This document shows, one piece after another, positions 36,290 through 51,200 of a stretch of DNA of 63,640 bases (its first letter is position 1; each line of letters starts with the position of its first letter). The notes under the pieces are model-generated. The model ran no database searches and had not been told where the DNA came from. It saw nothing but the letters and a program-made list of their open reading frames with translations. This DNA is from Catajapyx aquilonaris (Eukaryota). The stretch is from positions 1-63,640 of the forward strand of contig JYFJ02002077.1 in NCBI GenBank assembly GCA_000934665.2, read 5' to 3'. The position numbers and the translations under genes are program-made.

Positions 36290-39200
36290 ATGAAAGACAA
36301 TGCAAGTGTCATGGTGAGCGAAGCCCCGGGAGCCAAGAAGAGTAAGAAGAGGAGGGAGCCCAAGATGAGGAAGTCCCGGGGTACCACTGGAGAAGCTGAC
36401 AGTCACTCATCATGCTCCTCCACAACCATGGCTCCAACTGTAGCTGCTGCCTCTGGGCAAGCAGCAGCCACAGCAGCAGCAGTGGCCATTCCAAAAGTGG
36501 CTGGCAAATCTGGACTCCCGCACTTCTCCTTGCGTAACTTGCTGTATGGTAGTCCTTTTGTGAACCGAAGACGGGGTCGCAATCCATCAGGAACTGCTCA
36601 GGGATTGCGCTTTGGAGGTGAGATTTATAATGTACTGCTCTGCTTCAGTTTCTGCTCTGAACATTAAATTTATGTGGGGAGACGAAGTGGCGCTGCGGAA
36701 ACATATGCGCCCACGGATGTTAAGGTCCCGGGTTCGATCCTAGCCTGGGGTTCCCCCCTTCATCTTGTGCAGAGTTGGGTCGTCTCTGGCTTCGTTTCGG
36801 GTGGAATTTCCTTAGATTAATCCACCCGGGGGAGTTCACAAAATGTACCGTTTGAGAATTGCACTTGCACCTTGCACATCCCCTCCCAGTCACCCTGCCT
36901 GTGGGGCTGGGCTACGTCAAAGGTTCCATCAGGACAAAATAAAAAGGTTCCCTCCCTATGGTACGGTGCAGGGAAGTTAAAAGCTTTTTAAAAAAATTTA
37001 AAAAACGTTAAATTTGTGATATATGCAGTAGTAATTATTACTTTGTGTTTTAATGCCATTGTCTCACTTTTATGGATAAAGACACCTATGCAAAGTGGTC
37101 AGGTGACTCCATGGCACTAATATTGCTGATGCGTAAGGGATAATATACTTATATCATTCTGAAAGCTCACTGGTGTAGTGGACTAGCCCACAGGAGTTCT
37201 GACTCGGATGCCTGTAGTTAAATCTCTGGGTTGGGGAAAGGAATTTTTAATGTAGCATTTTGGTAGCTTCTCTCTCTGTTGATGTGACGTTTGGTTCTCT
37301 CATTATTTTCACATTCAAAATCTCATAGCAATTAAGTTATTAGTAAAATAAAGGGGATTAAAGGATCCCCTGCTTGGCTACAAGCTATCACAATGTACCC
37401 TTTATCATCGTCATGATCCACTTACAAGTTAGTGCTTCTCTTTTCAATTAAAATCAGCATTTTTGTTTTAATGAATGAAGAATGAAAATGCAACTGCCAA
37501 GTACAATATCACCTGTTTGCCGTATGATTACATTGGAGCTGCGCATCAGAGTAGAGTATGCCTACACTGTGTCTTGCCACTAAATGTCTCATGTATGATG
37601 GTGAGAGTAGTTAGTGAAATTCTACCAGCTGCAACAAAAAAGATATTTCTGGACATGGGTTTAATGATTATGAATTATGTATCAAGGTGAATACACAAAA
37701 CACAACATAATTACTTATGACCTTATTTCATTAAACCTAAGGTTTATGGAAAAACCTTTCATGAACGAGTTTTTATAAGTAGATAAGTAAGTTTTATAAG
37801 TAGATTTTATTGGCAAGAAAAAACAGATATAAGGCAACATGGTAGGGGGGGGGGGCACCATGTTGCCTTATATCTTTGTTTTCTTGCCAATAAAATTTTT
37901 AAGATTTACTATATCACCTTTATGAAGTAAAATATCAGAGGTAACATCATTTGACCTACAAAACACAATTATTGTCGCTTTAGGAGCAGTTCAGGAGAGC
38001 CTGCGTTACTCAGAGAGCTCATCCCAGGAGAGTGGCTCAGTGGCTTGTGCCCAAGAGACTGGGTCATGCAAGGATCTGATGCATGGGGGCAGCAGGCAGA
38101 GTGTCACTGTCATGGAGACCACCAAGGTAAATCTTATTTCCCTGAATATGCAGCATGGGGGGATTGATTGGGGGATATTTTCAAGTTATTTTTGATGTCA
38201 TTAGCTTGTGGGTGTTTTGTCCTTCTACTAGGGCCAGTTGCACCAGAGCAAGATTCAGGTACAGGCTTGGGCATATAATACCTTGTTATTGTTAGTTGAT
38301 TGTTGCCAACAATTAACAACAAGGACAGACCTAAAGTGGGCTCGACACAGTCTGTCCGACTCTGACTCCAACCGGATTTGACCATCGGACCTTCTGTGTC
38401 AATGGCATTCCGTGTCGGATCCGATGTCGGAGCCAGGGAGGCCAGCTCAAGTCACCTAGGCAGGTCGGAGATGGGAGAGTGGGTGGGACAAAACGTCGGA
38501 TTGACTATGGGAATCACTGTTNGACCTGTCTGAAGAGGGTGTCCGATGTCTCTGAGTCAGAGAGTTGGAGTCGGACCGACTGTAGAGCCCACTTAACCCC
38601 TTCAGCCCCAGATCGGCCCGAACCACACAGTTTTCGGCTTACGCGTACTCCGAAGATACGGACAAGATATTTTGCAAATAATAACAGCTATACTTACGAG
38701 ATCTGGGAAAACCCTATGAATGTGTCTGGAACCATTTTACTCGTCTAGAAGTCCCTAAATTAATTTCCAAAAAGGGGCTATAATAACTCGAAATTGGACT
38801 ACTGCCGCCCAACTTTTAGGCTGATTTAATTATGAAATGCGTGAAAATATGCGGAGTAACAACCTTGAGAACCACGCCAGACGAATTTGCTGAAATCGTC
38901 GTACTTTGCGAGAAATAAATTAATATTTATTTGCGGCTTTCTAGTACTTAGGAAAACTCCTAAATGAGTATGAGATGAATTTTCAGAAATCGTCGTACTT
39001 TATGAGAAACAAATTTGGGAGTTTTCCGAAGTTTTCCGAAGTGCCACAAAGCCACAAATAAGTATTAATTTATTTCTCGCAAAGCACGACGATTTCAGCA
39101 AATTCCTCGGGTATGGTTTTCAAAGTTGTTATTCCGCATATTTTCACGCATTTCATAATTAAATCAGCCTAAAAGTTGGGCGGCAGTCGTCCAATTTCGA

Positions 39201-42200
39201 GTTATTATAGCCCTTTTTTGGAAATTAATTTAGGGACTTCTAGACGAGTAAAATGGTTCCAGACACATTCATAGGGTTTTCCCAGATCTCGTAAGTATAG
39301 CTGTTATTATTTGCAAAATATCTTGTCCGTATCTTCGGAGTACGCGTAAGCCGAAAACTGTGTGGTTCGGGCCGATCCGGGGCTGAAGGGGTTAACCGTG
39401 AACTTGAATCTTGCTTGAACCAGCCCTAAGATTCAGCTAGCAGCCTGTTTCTGCTAGTCAGGATTGTCCCATAAACTTTCTCATTGGTTACCAGTTGTTG
39501 CCAGCGGTGCTGCTAATTGGCAGTAGGACGAAACACTGACACAATTTCATTTCACACTAAAAGCTTTATTTATAAGCACTGAAGTGACAAAGGATTCCTT
39601 CCAGGATTGATTTTGTCTCTGTCCACCAAGTAATTGATGGAAACTGTACCTATTAGTATGAGAAGAAAACATTAAGCTCATTTTTTCTTTCTTTCTGAGT
39701 GGGTTAGTGAATTGTGAAAATCGGGGCTTGAACTTTTACCCATTTGATATATTTTTAGACTTAAACATGGCTCCAGGAGGAAATTGGAAGGGCATGAATT
39801 TTCATGTTACTTTTACAGCATATCTAGATCACGCCCAATTTTTTGAGTGGGTATAGTGTGAGATATGTACCCTAAGCTTGGAACAAAACCTTTGAACAGG
39901 GGACATTACTGCAACAACTCTACATGAAAAGGTCATCTTCAGAAAATAGTGCAAACATGTTAACACTTCAACATGCCTGTAAGGGCATAGCAAAAATATG
40001 TTCATTGTGTAATGGGTTTGGTCCCAGCGGAGAAATTTCAGTGCATTTCTGTTCCATGTATAACATAAACTATATTTAGTATTGTTTGTTTGTTTGTTGT
40101 TTTTTTCGAACAGAAAGAAGCAATTCCGCTCTAGAAAAGTTTCACACTATAAGTGTCCTCTTACATTGAGAAAAGTGCACTGATACTCACTTGCCTGTGA
40201 TACTGTTAGTTTGCAATAGCAATTGCAGGCTAAATTAAAGAGACAATTATAAGTTGATAACTACAAATTCCCCCAGGGTTATTTTGTGACTTACCAAACA
40301 CTGAAAGCACATTAATCGCCTATACCCCACCTGTTTTCTTATTCCATTAAAAGGCAATCTGCTGACTTGTACAATGACAGTGTATGCCTGTGAATGTGTT
40401 GATGTCCTAGAATTTCAAGAATGACTTGTACTTGGCATGAAGCCAGAGATAGACTTCTTTGTCTTGGGTTCAAGGAAAGGGAACCAGTGGAGATAATAAC
40501 GCATTTTCACTCTGTGATGAGTGCGATGTTGCATTATGATCCTGTAACTTGACAACAGGATATGTAGCTAAAATTGACCAAAATTGACTGGCACATGGTA
40601 ACAGTGTACAAGGGCTTATTGTTATGTTGGGAAGTTGCAGAGTGCTAGAGATGTCATTACTTGAATGGCAATCATTTGCACATTTTTAAATCCACCCCCC
40701 CACCCCCAACCCCCATTTTAAAATATCTCTTTTCTTGTTGTGTAGCTGCAGTGATTACTGTTATAGAAATGAAATTATCAGCAAATGCATGGGAAAAGCA
40801 TACCTGTGATTCACTGTTGTTAATCAAAATGCCTTCGTAACTGTACAATATGATAGAAAGGTTTTTGACCTAACCCATTTTACAGTTATTTATGAGGAGG
40901 TCATAATATTGCTCCTTGCAGGAAGAAACTGGTCCACAGATGGAGTGCCCCTTGTGCTTGGCTGAGATTTGCAAGTCTCATTTTCCTGATCTGATCAACT
41001 GCAGCCACCATGCATGCTACAATTGCTTGCGCTACTACCTGCGCATAGAGATTTCAGAATCACGTGTTAACATCTGCTGCCCTCAGTGCCCTGAACCTCT
41101 TCATCCAAATGGTGAGTTTTATTGGAGAATATTTTTGTTAGCAGTGTAACTACATTGGTATATCTTAATTCCCCAGACATGGCAATGATACTCAACAATC
41201 CAGCCCTGATGGAGAAGTATGAGGATTTCATGGTCAGGCGAGTGTTGGTGACAGATCCTGACACTAGGTGGTGTCCTGCTCCAGATTGTGGGTATGTTAG
41301 AATTTTCTCTTCAAGGACTCTTAGAAAACAAGACTGGGATAAATCCAGTTCTTGGAACCAAATTCATGCCTGTATTGCTCCTTGCAGGGTATTTAAAGTT
41401 AGTGGCCGAAGCAGGTTGGTGTAGGGGTTAAGGAGCCAGACTGCTAATCGGGAGGTCCTGGGATCAAATCCTGGGGCCGGCAACTCTGACTGTGGTTTTC
41501 TGTGGTTTCCCACGGTCCTTCCAGGAAAATTCCCGAGTTGCTTCCGTAATTAATAGGCCACAGCCGCTTCCTTCCGTCCCTATCCTATCCCAAAGAGCGC
41601 AGTAAAATGAAAAGCAAAGAGTTCCAGGCAAAACAAACTTCCCCCCTAAAGAGCCGAAAAATGGCTGATAACGGGGTATGAATTATTAAGTTATTATATT
41701 TAAAGTTAGTGATTGAAAGAACAGCCTCATAAAATTCACACCAAATACTGTATTTGAGAGACTGAAGCAGAGGGGCGTCCTTTATGTACGATTATTGCCA
41801 GGAATGTGATTTTCATTTTTCATTTTTAATTTTGAGGAATGCATAAGGTGTTGCAACAAGAGCTACTTTGAATATTTTTTTACATGGACAGTACAAATTC
41901 AGAGTGTGTACCTCATATCATGCATTAATGTTGCAATCATTTTGGCAACTGAAAGAAACATTTGGGTGGCTGTTTTGCCTAACACCTACCCATGTATAGT
42001 TCAGCGCTTCCGAATCTTTTTCACTGGCGACCCCAAAAATAATAATCATCTTGTAAAATTGCCCCCCCCCCCCCCCCCCNAGATGTGCACATTTTGATCC
42101 CCCAACATGAGCACGCAGGTAAACAGTGAAATGAAAATCATTGTGACTATTGTCGAGCATCTGAATTGTTCTGTAATGTAACTTATGAACTTAATTTTAC

Positions 42201-45200
42201 AAAAAGATATAATCATTTTGTGAAAATAATTTGCTACCCTCCCTCGCAACCCCAAATATTAAGTTTTCGACCCCAAATGGGGTCGTCACGCTCACTTTGG
42301 GAAGCACTGGTCTAGTTTGATCTGTCCTTCTGGTGGCCTTATTTTATTAAGAAATATTTGCAACATCTTTCTTAGATTCTTGCCTTAATTTTTCACCTGC
42401 TGCATTGTAGTAAAGTATGAATTTTTAGATGTAATTATTATTAACATTATTTTCTCATTTCTTTTGAAATAGGTATGCAGTAATCGCAACAGGTTGTGCA
42501 AGCTGTCCCAAGATTCGGTGTGAAAGGCCAGGATGTGGTTCATTCTTTTGCTATCACTGCAAGGCAGAGTGGCACCCAAATCAGACCTGTGATGCAGCCA
42601 GGGCACAAAGGTCACCAGATGTGCGCTCATCATCCATCAGCTTCCGACGTGGATTTCAACAGAGTGAGTGTAGACCATCTTAGTTGGAAGTTGATTTTGT
42701 TACAATTTACGTCACTTTAAAAGTGTAGGTGTGATGACTAAAAGTACATAATCTAATTATTCAACTTCAGTGAGCATAGCACAGGTGGTATCAGTGGCAG
42801 TAACCATTCTCTCTGGGGAGTTACAAATTTTTGTATCTTCTAGGTTACGGATAGTATCCATACTTAAAACTTTAAATGATGGGCATTACATATGCTGATA
42901 AGGCAGTGAAAATATTATGGATCGCATAAACATTCTGGCACAACAAAACATAGTTTCTCTGTGGCATTTTCAGTTGTCTGATGCACAGTGTGGCCAAACG
43001 CGTGAATGGTTGGACAATGGCTCCCACTCCACGCGTATTTGTCACGATGGGGTCATTACTTTCCTCTGATTTTTAAGACAAAACTAGCGAATTTCACTTT
43101 GAATGACAGACCAAACGAAGGACTAGATTCCCCAGTTATAGATTCACTTTGTTTTAAGTGCACATAATTGCACCTTTTGTCAGGGTAGCAGTATGCTACC
43201 TCTTTTTGGAAAAATGTGCAGTTATGTGCACTTAAAATGAAGTGAACATATAACTAGGGAGTTCAGTTGTTCGATTGGTGTGTGAATTGACGTTAAATAT
43301 TGTGAAATCCGCTACTTTTCGTCTTTGAAATCAAATCAATGACGTGACAAATGCCCGTGATGGAAGCCTCAACAAAGGTGCGCCTGGCACCGATATTTCA
43401 AGGTCACATTCAAATTTCTACATGAGAGTAAGTAGCACTTAGCCAGAGGTATTTTATGCACAGCTTAAAATCCTGTTAAGCCTGAATTTGGAAATGCGGT
43501 GACCTTTCTTCCATGACCATTCAAAGCCGACTCAATAGACACAACTACTGACACAAAACTGATAGACAAGGTGGCAGGCAAACACTCGACTTGAGTACCT
43601 GCCTGATATAAAACCTATCGCAATTGAACATACCAAAGTGATTATTATTATTGTTCAGACATTACTTTCTTACATTAGGGCAGATTTGACACGACTCGAC
43701 CAATTTGGTTTTTCCATTTTTGTCCAAGTGTTCTCGCGTTTGGACACACTGTGTGGTGTGATAAAAAATATTTGTTGCTATTTGTTCTCTTGAGTTGTGA
43801 AAATCTGGCATTGAAAGTCATATTTGTGATTTCTTTTCTTCTAAAATGAGATTTGAAAAAGCTGAAAAGACACTACTGTACACAGTGGTAGTCAGTGACA
43901 GTTATCAATAAAATATCTTCTCATACATAGGCATGAGATTTTTTCCAGTATTTTTCCAGAGAGATAAAATCAGTTTGTTAAAATTATTTGTTACCCACCC
44001 TCATGACCGATAGTTTGGGAAGCACTGCTTCATTTTTTATGGTTTTGGCATTATTATGGGATTGGTTTTCATGCAGTAAATATCTGACCTTTTTCCCCCC
44101 CTAGGAGATGACATTAAAACCTGCCCTCGGTGCCAGATGCTCATTGTGAAGATGGATGATGGTTCATGCAACCACATGACCTGTGCTGTATGTGGTGCTG
44201 AATTTTGCTGGCTCTGCATGAAGGAGATTTCGGACCTCCATTACCTTAGGTATGAATTGCATGAAGGGTGATTGAGATATGCTCAAGTTAATGATTATTA
44301 TGAAAGTAATGTTAATAATGATAATTAGCCCTAATGCATTTTTATTTCACATTTAACACATGTCAGTCCATCTGGTTGCACTTTCTGGGGGAAGAAGCCC
44401 TGGTCACGCAAGAAAAAAATACTCTGGCAATTGGGCACTTTGGTTGGGGCTCCAGTGGGAATTGGACTGGTGGCTGGAATTGCCGTGCCTGCCATCATCA
44501 TCGGTGAGTTATGATTGTAGTTAATTCCCATATCTCTTTAAAATGTAGTTCAAAGTATGAACTTATAGGGCCATAGTCACAAGAGGTAAAATGTGAAATT
44601 GTATACAGGCAATTCTAATACTGATATGAACAGTCCCCTTAAAGGGTTCAAGCCGAACTGGGTACAATAAATAAATTTAAAAAGTAAAAAATACTGAACA
44701 GTAATAGAAAACCTAACCAATGTTGATAATTCTATCCTGGAAATTGGAATCTTTCAAGCTGAAACTAACCATACCATGGCACTTGTCCCATAGGTGTGCC
44801 AGTGTGGGTGGGACGGAAACTATATGCTCGCTATCGCCTGGCTGACAAGCACCGTCGTAATCTGGTTATCACTGGAGGAGTTGCAGCTTCGGTGAGTAAT
44901 TAAAATTTATAAACATAAGTGTACAGTACCGCTCATAAAGAATGGCACGACTCTATGGACAAAATGTTTATTCTGTTCCCAACCCCTGGGTCACCAGCAT
45001 GTTTTTAGGGGTCATGAGGAAGGCTGGGAAAAGGCAATTAAAATCAAGAAAGAAACAAGGCAAAGTAAGAAAATTTAAGGGGGGAAATTCATCTCAAATC
45101 TATTTAAGCATTGTACCAGGTTGAACATTTTGGTAATTAAAAATTCCGGAAAAAGTCGGGAGGGGGTCATATGGGTTGCCCGAGATCTAGGACAAGTTGT

Positions 45201-48200
45201 CCATAGTGTCGCGATGAAATCAGGTTGGGAATCATGCTGGATAGGCAGAATAAACACTTCGCCCATAGAGTCGTACCATTCTTTATGAGCGGGACTACCG
45301 ACTGACTGAGGAAGCCAGCAATGAGTGTCTGGGTATAGACGTATAGCCCAATAAGCTGAAACTCCCACACTTATGCAGTACTTATTTACACTTGCCAACA
45401 GGCTGGCTGACAGCATTTGGTGTTACATACGGATTAAGGACCAGCTTTTTAATCTATTGCATCTGCCTATATAATCCTCTGTATGTTGTGGGTTGTATCA
45501 TGACACATTGTCTGTGCAACTTGTTAGCGGATGTGATGATCACGTTTGAAGGAGGAGAATCAAACATGTAGTCTTGGGATTGCATTATGACCCATATTAT
45601 TGGTGACCACAACATTCTAAGGCAGTGTTCCCCAATATTTTTCGCTGGCGACCCCAGAAAATTGTATTGCAAAATTCGCGACGCCCACTTGAACCACCAA
45701 CATGAAAGAATGTACTCTACACAGTGGTAGTCAATGACAATCACCGATAAATTAATACATCTTCTCATTTGTGCTATATGCGTCACCGGCTGGTGGTACA
45801 CGTTTTATTTATTTTCTCAGCGGCCTCTGGAGGGCCCATCCTGATTTTTGGCAGTCACTTAGACCATGATCTGTCCTTTCACATGGCACATCAATTTTCA
45901 AAATCGAAGATGCATCAATTTCTTTAAAATGAGGTCAAAGGTCACAGAAAGAAACTCCATGGCACGTGCATAAATTAAGGAATATTTTCATACAAGTGAC
46001 ATATCATGGTGCATCTAACTATGATCTACCCATACATATGCTCATTGTCCAAATGTGACCCATAGAGAAAAAGTTATTCAAGAAAATGTCCGAAAAATTG
46101 CGGCGCGTGCTGACCGAGAGCGACAATTCCCGTGACCTCTCGCGCCGAACAGATCGAACAAATTGGCATGTAATTTGGTCCAATACCATATCTCGATGAA
46201 ACCTACAATTCTGCCAAATTTGGTCAAAATCGGAGAAGGTAAGGTTTCATGAGTGATCGCCTTGACATGGATTTACCCTGGGGTATTTTTCCAGAGAGAT
46301 AGAATCATTTTGCTAAAATAATTTGTTACCCTCCTTCGTGACCCACAGTTTGGGAAGCACTGTGCTAAGGTCTCATCTGGCCATATTTTGTTTGCATTTG
46401 TGAGAGAGGGTGAGGACAGCATACATCTTATACTTACGTGTACAATCATGAGCAATATTTTAAATCATAGAAGTTGTGTTCAACAAAACAGTAGCATCAT
46501 AAACTTTATGAGGATTATAGCGACATTATTTCATGCTTATCTAGAATTTGTATGGTAGTATGACTGAAAGGTATGCCATTTTTGAGTTGAGTCACATGTG
46601 ATATACATATCTTTTATTGGATACTTCTGGTTTGTCAGCCTTCATACATTAGGTACACAATTTTGCATTGGCATAAGCATTGTAGAAAAGACCAAACTGA
46701 AGTGACTTCGTATACTTGACTTCTGGCCTGTAAGGTGAGCTCAGTTCTGGAGAAGGTAAATATGATAGGGAAAATTTGATCCATTTTCTTGACGAACATC
46801 AAGAGAGTACCTCATTGATGGTGGAAGCCTTTAGAGTACAGTACACAAGTTAGAGCATAGTCTCTTTCACAAGCAAGAGTTTGTGCATTTGGCTATTACA
46901 GAGCTACATAATACATACTTGTTCCCATTATAAATCTTCCATGATCTCTACAACATATTAAATAGAGGAGGAAAAATACATTGGAATGTGCGATATTTTT
47001 TTTTCCATGAAAAATTGTATGGTTAGTCACATAATCCACCTCAGTCTATATTCTTGATTATGTCATGTTACAAAAAGTGATTTTCTTGTATTGGAATCGC
47101 AAATAATATGCTAGTCAACTTAATTGTTCAATGCTACGTGCAGTTTTCAAAAGGAAAAAGAAGGTAACACACTCTTTTGCCATTGACACAGCTCCATAAA
47201 AATATAGCTAACTTGTGAGTTGCAGGCTGGTCATTTTCAGTTCTTGCCAATGGACACAATGTTGAGGATTACAAAGCATGTTATGGAAGAAAGTGACATT
47301 GCATACGTTGTACAGCTTATTGGGGATTGGGAATTAAGGCGTACATGATGAGCAACCTTAGTGGTTTTGGCAATCCATTAGCCTTCCGCCATACCTTCCC
47401 ATGGGTGCTTGGCTAAACCCCCAGTGGGAAAACCTAATGATCAACCTGTGAGTAACAAGACAATACTATTAGCACAGTTTTCTACAAGCAGTATTTACTC
47501 ATTAAATGAATGACCATGTTATTTTCTGAAACCTGAACTATTTTCCTGCTAATGCTAATTTGTTAGGTCATTATTATGTTGTGCATGTATGTTGGAGTTC
47601 CACTTACATGAACTAATGATCTATGAGTTATTAAGCTCAATTTCCCTACCTGCTTGATCCAAAACAAAGAAACTCGTCAAGCTCCAATTCATTTTTAAAA
47701 CGTCTCATTTTCTGCATAACTGCAACGAAATAACAAGGTCATAACCACAACTTAGCAAAAGAGCAAGCATACATCCAAAGTGAGATGCTGCTTTAGCTTA
47801 ATAATATGTTTGCTTAGCAACATATTTTGTGACAATTTCATTCAACAAGGAATAGCATATGTGCAGACACTCACTTGATTTTCATTATCCCACTGGGGAG
47901 GAAGACATAGAAGCCTAATTTTTTTAAATATATAGAGATGGGTCAGGGAGTGTAGAGGAAGGAGTCAAATGCTCTCAGAGAATGCCTTCACTGTCAAGAT
48001 CATACAGTAACTCCAAGAGCCTCTGCTCAGTAGTGGGGTGTCCCAGGGCAAGGTCAATGGATCCGACACAAAGTAGAAGGGCCAGCAGCTGGCTCTTGGT
48101 GTAGTCAGCCAGCAGCTGGGCCTTCCCATAACCATACTCAACCTCTACGTCTAATCCCAGGCGAGTTGCCCATTGGGTAAAGGCATTCCAGTAGTGGTCC

Positions 48201-51200
48201 AGGAGGCTGGCTGATTCCTCCCTGCGCAGCTGGGTGGGAAGAGAAGTGAGCAGGAGGAGGGCCAAGTCGTTGGTTGCTTGGCTGTATGTGATCATTTGCC
48301 AGTCTAGGATTCGGCAGGGCGGATCCAGGAGATCCTCAGATTCTGTGTTGCTTGCTTCTGGAAAGGAAAGTTATCTGCTTAATGCTGTGAGAAATGTTTG
48401 TGATGCATCAGAGCTGGTCATTCCTGCTTATTTGCACATGACAGACCCTAAAATAATTTTACGGTGTTGACAGTTTACAGAAGAGATGATTGCCTGTTTT
48501 TCAATTGTCACATAGAAAATAATAAGTTTCACTAGAGACTGCATGGAATACTTGGTTCCAAATTTTTTTTCAGGATGCATGTTTGTATATTATTCCAAAG
48601 CCAATGAGAAGCAAGGCTTTTGTGAGCAGGCACACATACATCAAAAGTATCTACCATTCTACAGGATCTACTATTTGAGGATAAATTTGACCATGCCATT
48701 TTATAGATGGAATTATGAGTTAGAAACAAAAATGAACATTAGTGCTGTGAATTTCCAAATAACATTTTTCAAGAGAGTATCGCTGTATCCTTTCCTAATG
48801 TATTAGACTAGTTATGTAAGAAAATTAGAAGGATAATGGACTTCATCTGTCCAAATACTGACCATTTGATGTGGAGGTGGCCTGTGCAAACATGAGGTTG
48901 TTACACCAGAAGTCTGTGTGCGTGAGAACTGCCAGGGGCTCCCTAGGCTGCAGCAATTGTTCAATCAATTCCTTTGATCTGCTCTTGAGGCATCTCAGCT
49001 TATCCAGCACTTGTGCATATCCTTCCTTGCTCTCCAAGAAGGCAGCTAGCTGGGGGAATCCCTTGTCTATGAGGTGTTGGTAGGAGTCTGTTGCCCTGTC
49101 AGTCCGAAACAAGAAAGGGTACTTGGATGGCAACCCATTTCCTCCATCTTTTTTAGCTGATCGGACTTTGAGTATTAGGGACATGGCATGAACTTGAGCC
49201 ACAGAGGATAATGCTGAACGAGCTTGGCCTACAGTCAGTCCATTGATGAAGTCAGGGGTAGAAAATCCTTCGGGGCAAAGATTCTCCAGGACTAGGACTG
49301 ATTCCAGGCCTTCCTGGTAACGGGCATAATAGCATCGAGGGATTGCCAGGCGGGGCTTTTCCTCGCCATCCAGGATAGCCTCAAGCTCAGGAACCACCTG
49401 GATAAACATGAGAAAAGAATTAGGTCTTTGTTACTGTGTGGATGAATGCATGGGCCTGCGTATAGCATATTGCAGTATTGAGAAGGGTTACGATGTACTT
49501 GCCTGAGTGTAGAATTGAATTTCTCGAAAATCAAACTGGGCCTCCTGCACAAAGAAGCGTGAGAAGGGGTCCTGAGGGAGCAGCTTCACCATCAGGTGGA
49601 GGCTGACAGGTTTGGAGTTAAGCTTGTAGGATACTTGGATAGCCAGCAAGTCACTGAGAAGGACTTCGCTGTTGGAGCATCCAGGCTCAATTTCAAAGTC
49701 ACCAACCTAGGGAGCAATACTTGCAATTACTTTCTGACTTAATAAATTATGGCTGGAAATATTACCTCCACTTCAATGTCATCTTCAGAGTTTTTAGACT
49801 GGCAGATGGATTTGCTGTGGTAGCAGTGCAGAATGGATTGCAGCCAATCAGACGTAATGGCTGGGTCTGGACCCGCAGGGCTGTCAGACATTGCTGTGCC
49901 GGTCTTGAGCGTGAATTTGAATGATTATGGACAGCAAGTCTTCCGTGCTGGTGCTGGGAATCGTTACCCAAACCTGTGAATTATGCATTAACTCGTGATT
50001 ACCTCAGACATTAGGGAACATGCGAAAGAGTGGAATTATGTTTTAAAGAGTCATGGCGAAGTTGTGCAGAGAGGGATATGTGCTACTGGTCAGGCTTGGT
50101 CAGTGAGCCGAGACATAATCTGCTAGGGTAAAGTCCTGCACATTTTTGCATGTAATTTACCCTCTCTCCGCCCCACTTTTTGTGGTCGGTGAAGTGCTGG
50201 GTGATGAGGACACAGTCACAGTGGGTGGGACAGACTGGGAGGGGAGGAGCTGGAGGATGTGATCCGGACATCCTGTCATTACATCAACCATCCGAGCTGC
50301 CCTGTGGTGAAAAAGGAGTAATGCCTGGTTGCCAGAGGACATTGCCTCTTATCAAACCAGATCTGTGGAGCCTTGTAGGGAATGGCCAGTGATGATGTAG
50401 AAAAATTGAACATGCAGTACGTGGTAATGTGCAGGGTTTCCAATTTTTTTTTAAAAAAAGCTAAAATTACATTATTGCGCGATATCGGGAAAAGGGCAGG
50501 TTTCCCGGGCCATTACACCACTCGTAGTGATCCCTGTCTTTTTATGTGCCGCTAGGAGAAATTGCCGAATTGGCGATAAGGTGGGAACATCGAAGTTGAG
50601 TGCCCGTGGGGCTGGAAAAAGTCCCAATTACTTACGAATCCCCCCCGAAACGAGTAGTTGGAAGGCACCATAAAACCCTGGGTTCAAGTGGAATCGATCC
50701 GAGAGAAGAGGGTTTTCCACTCCTGCTCTTCCCTCAGGATTGAGTGCTGTTGGAGGGNGGGGGGGGGGAATGGTGGGAGGAGAGGCCAGACCAGGGAAGA
50801 GGGGGAGGGTTTGTTTCAGAGGGGAGGGTCGGCAAGTTTATTCCCGGCACCCCTATTTTGCATACAGATGGGGTGGAGGTGGTTAGGGGTTGATGGCCCT
50901 CCAATGCAATTAACTTCTTCGATGGGGAATTTCTGGATGATGGGCTTGCTAGGAGACGGAGCAAAAGAGGGGGAGGGATTTCCCCACATTGCATTGGCGA
51001 CAATCAATAGGTTGCAGGGACAATCCGGAGAGCTTATGTGTGTGGAGGGGGGAAAAAGCAAGCTGCCATGCCACTCAAAGCAAATGGCACGTCCCTAATG
51101 CCCGGATTGATTTTTATAACTCGTTTTGTCAATATTGCGTACCCCCACGAGGTGACTGACTGACTGCCTTTGATCAATTGCGGATTTGCTGCGTTACGGA

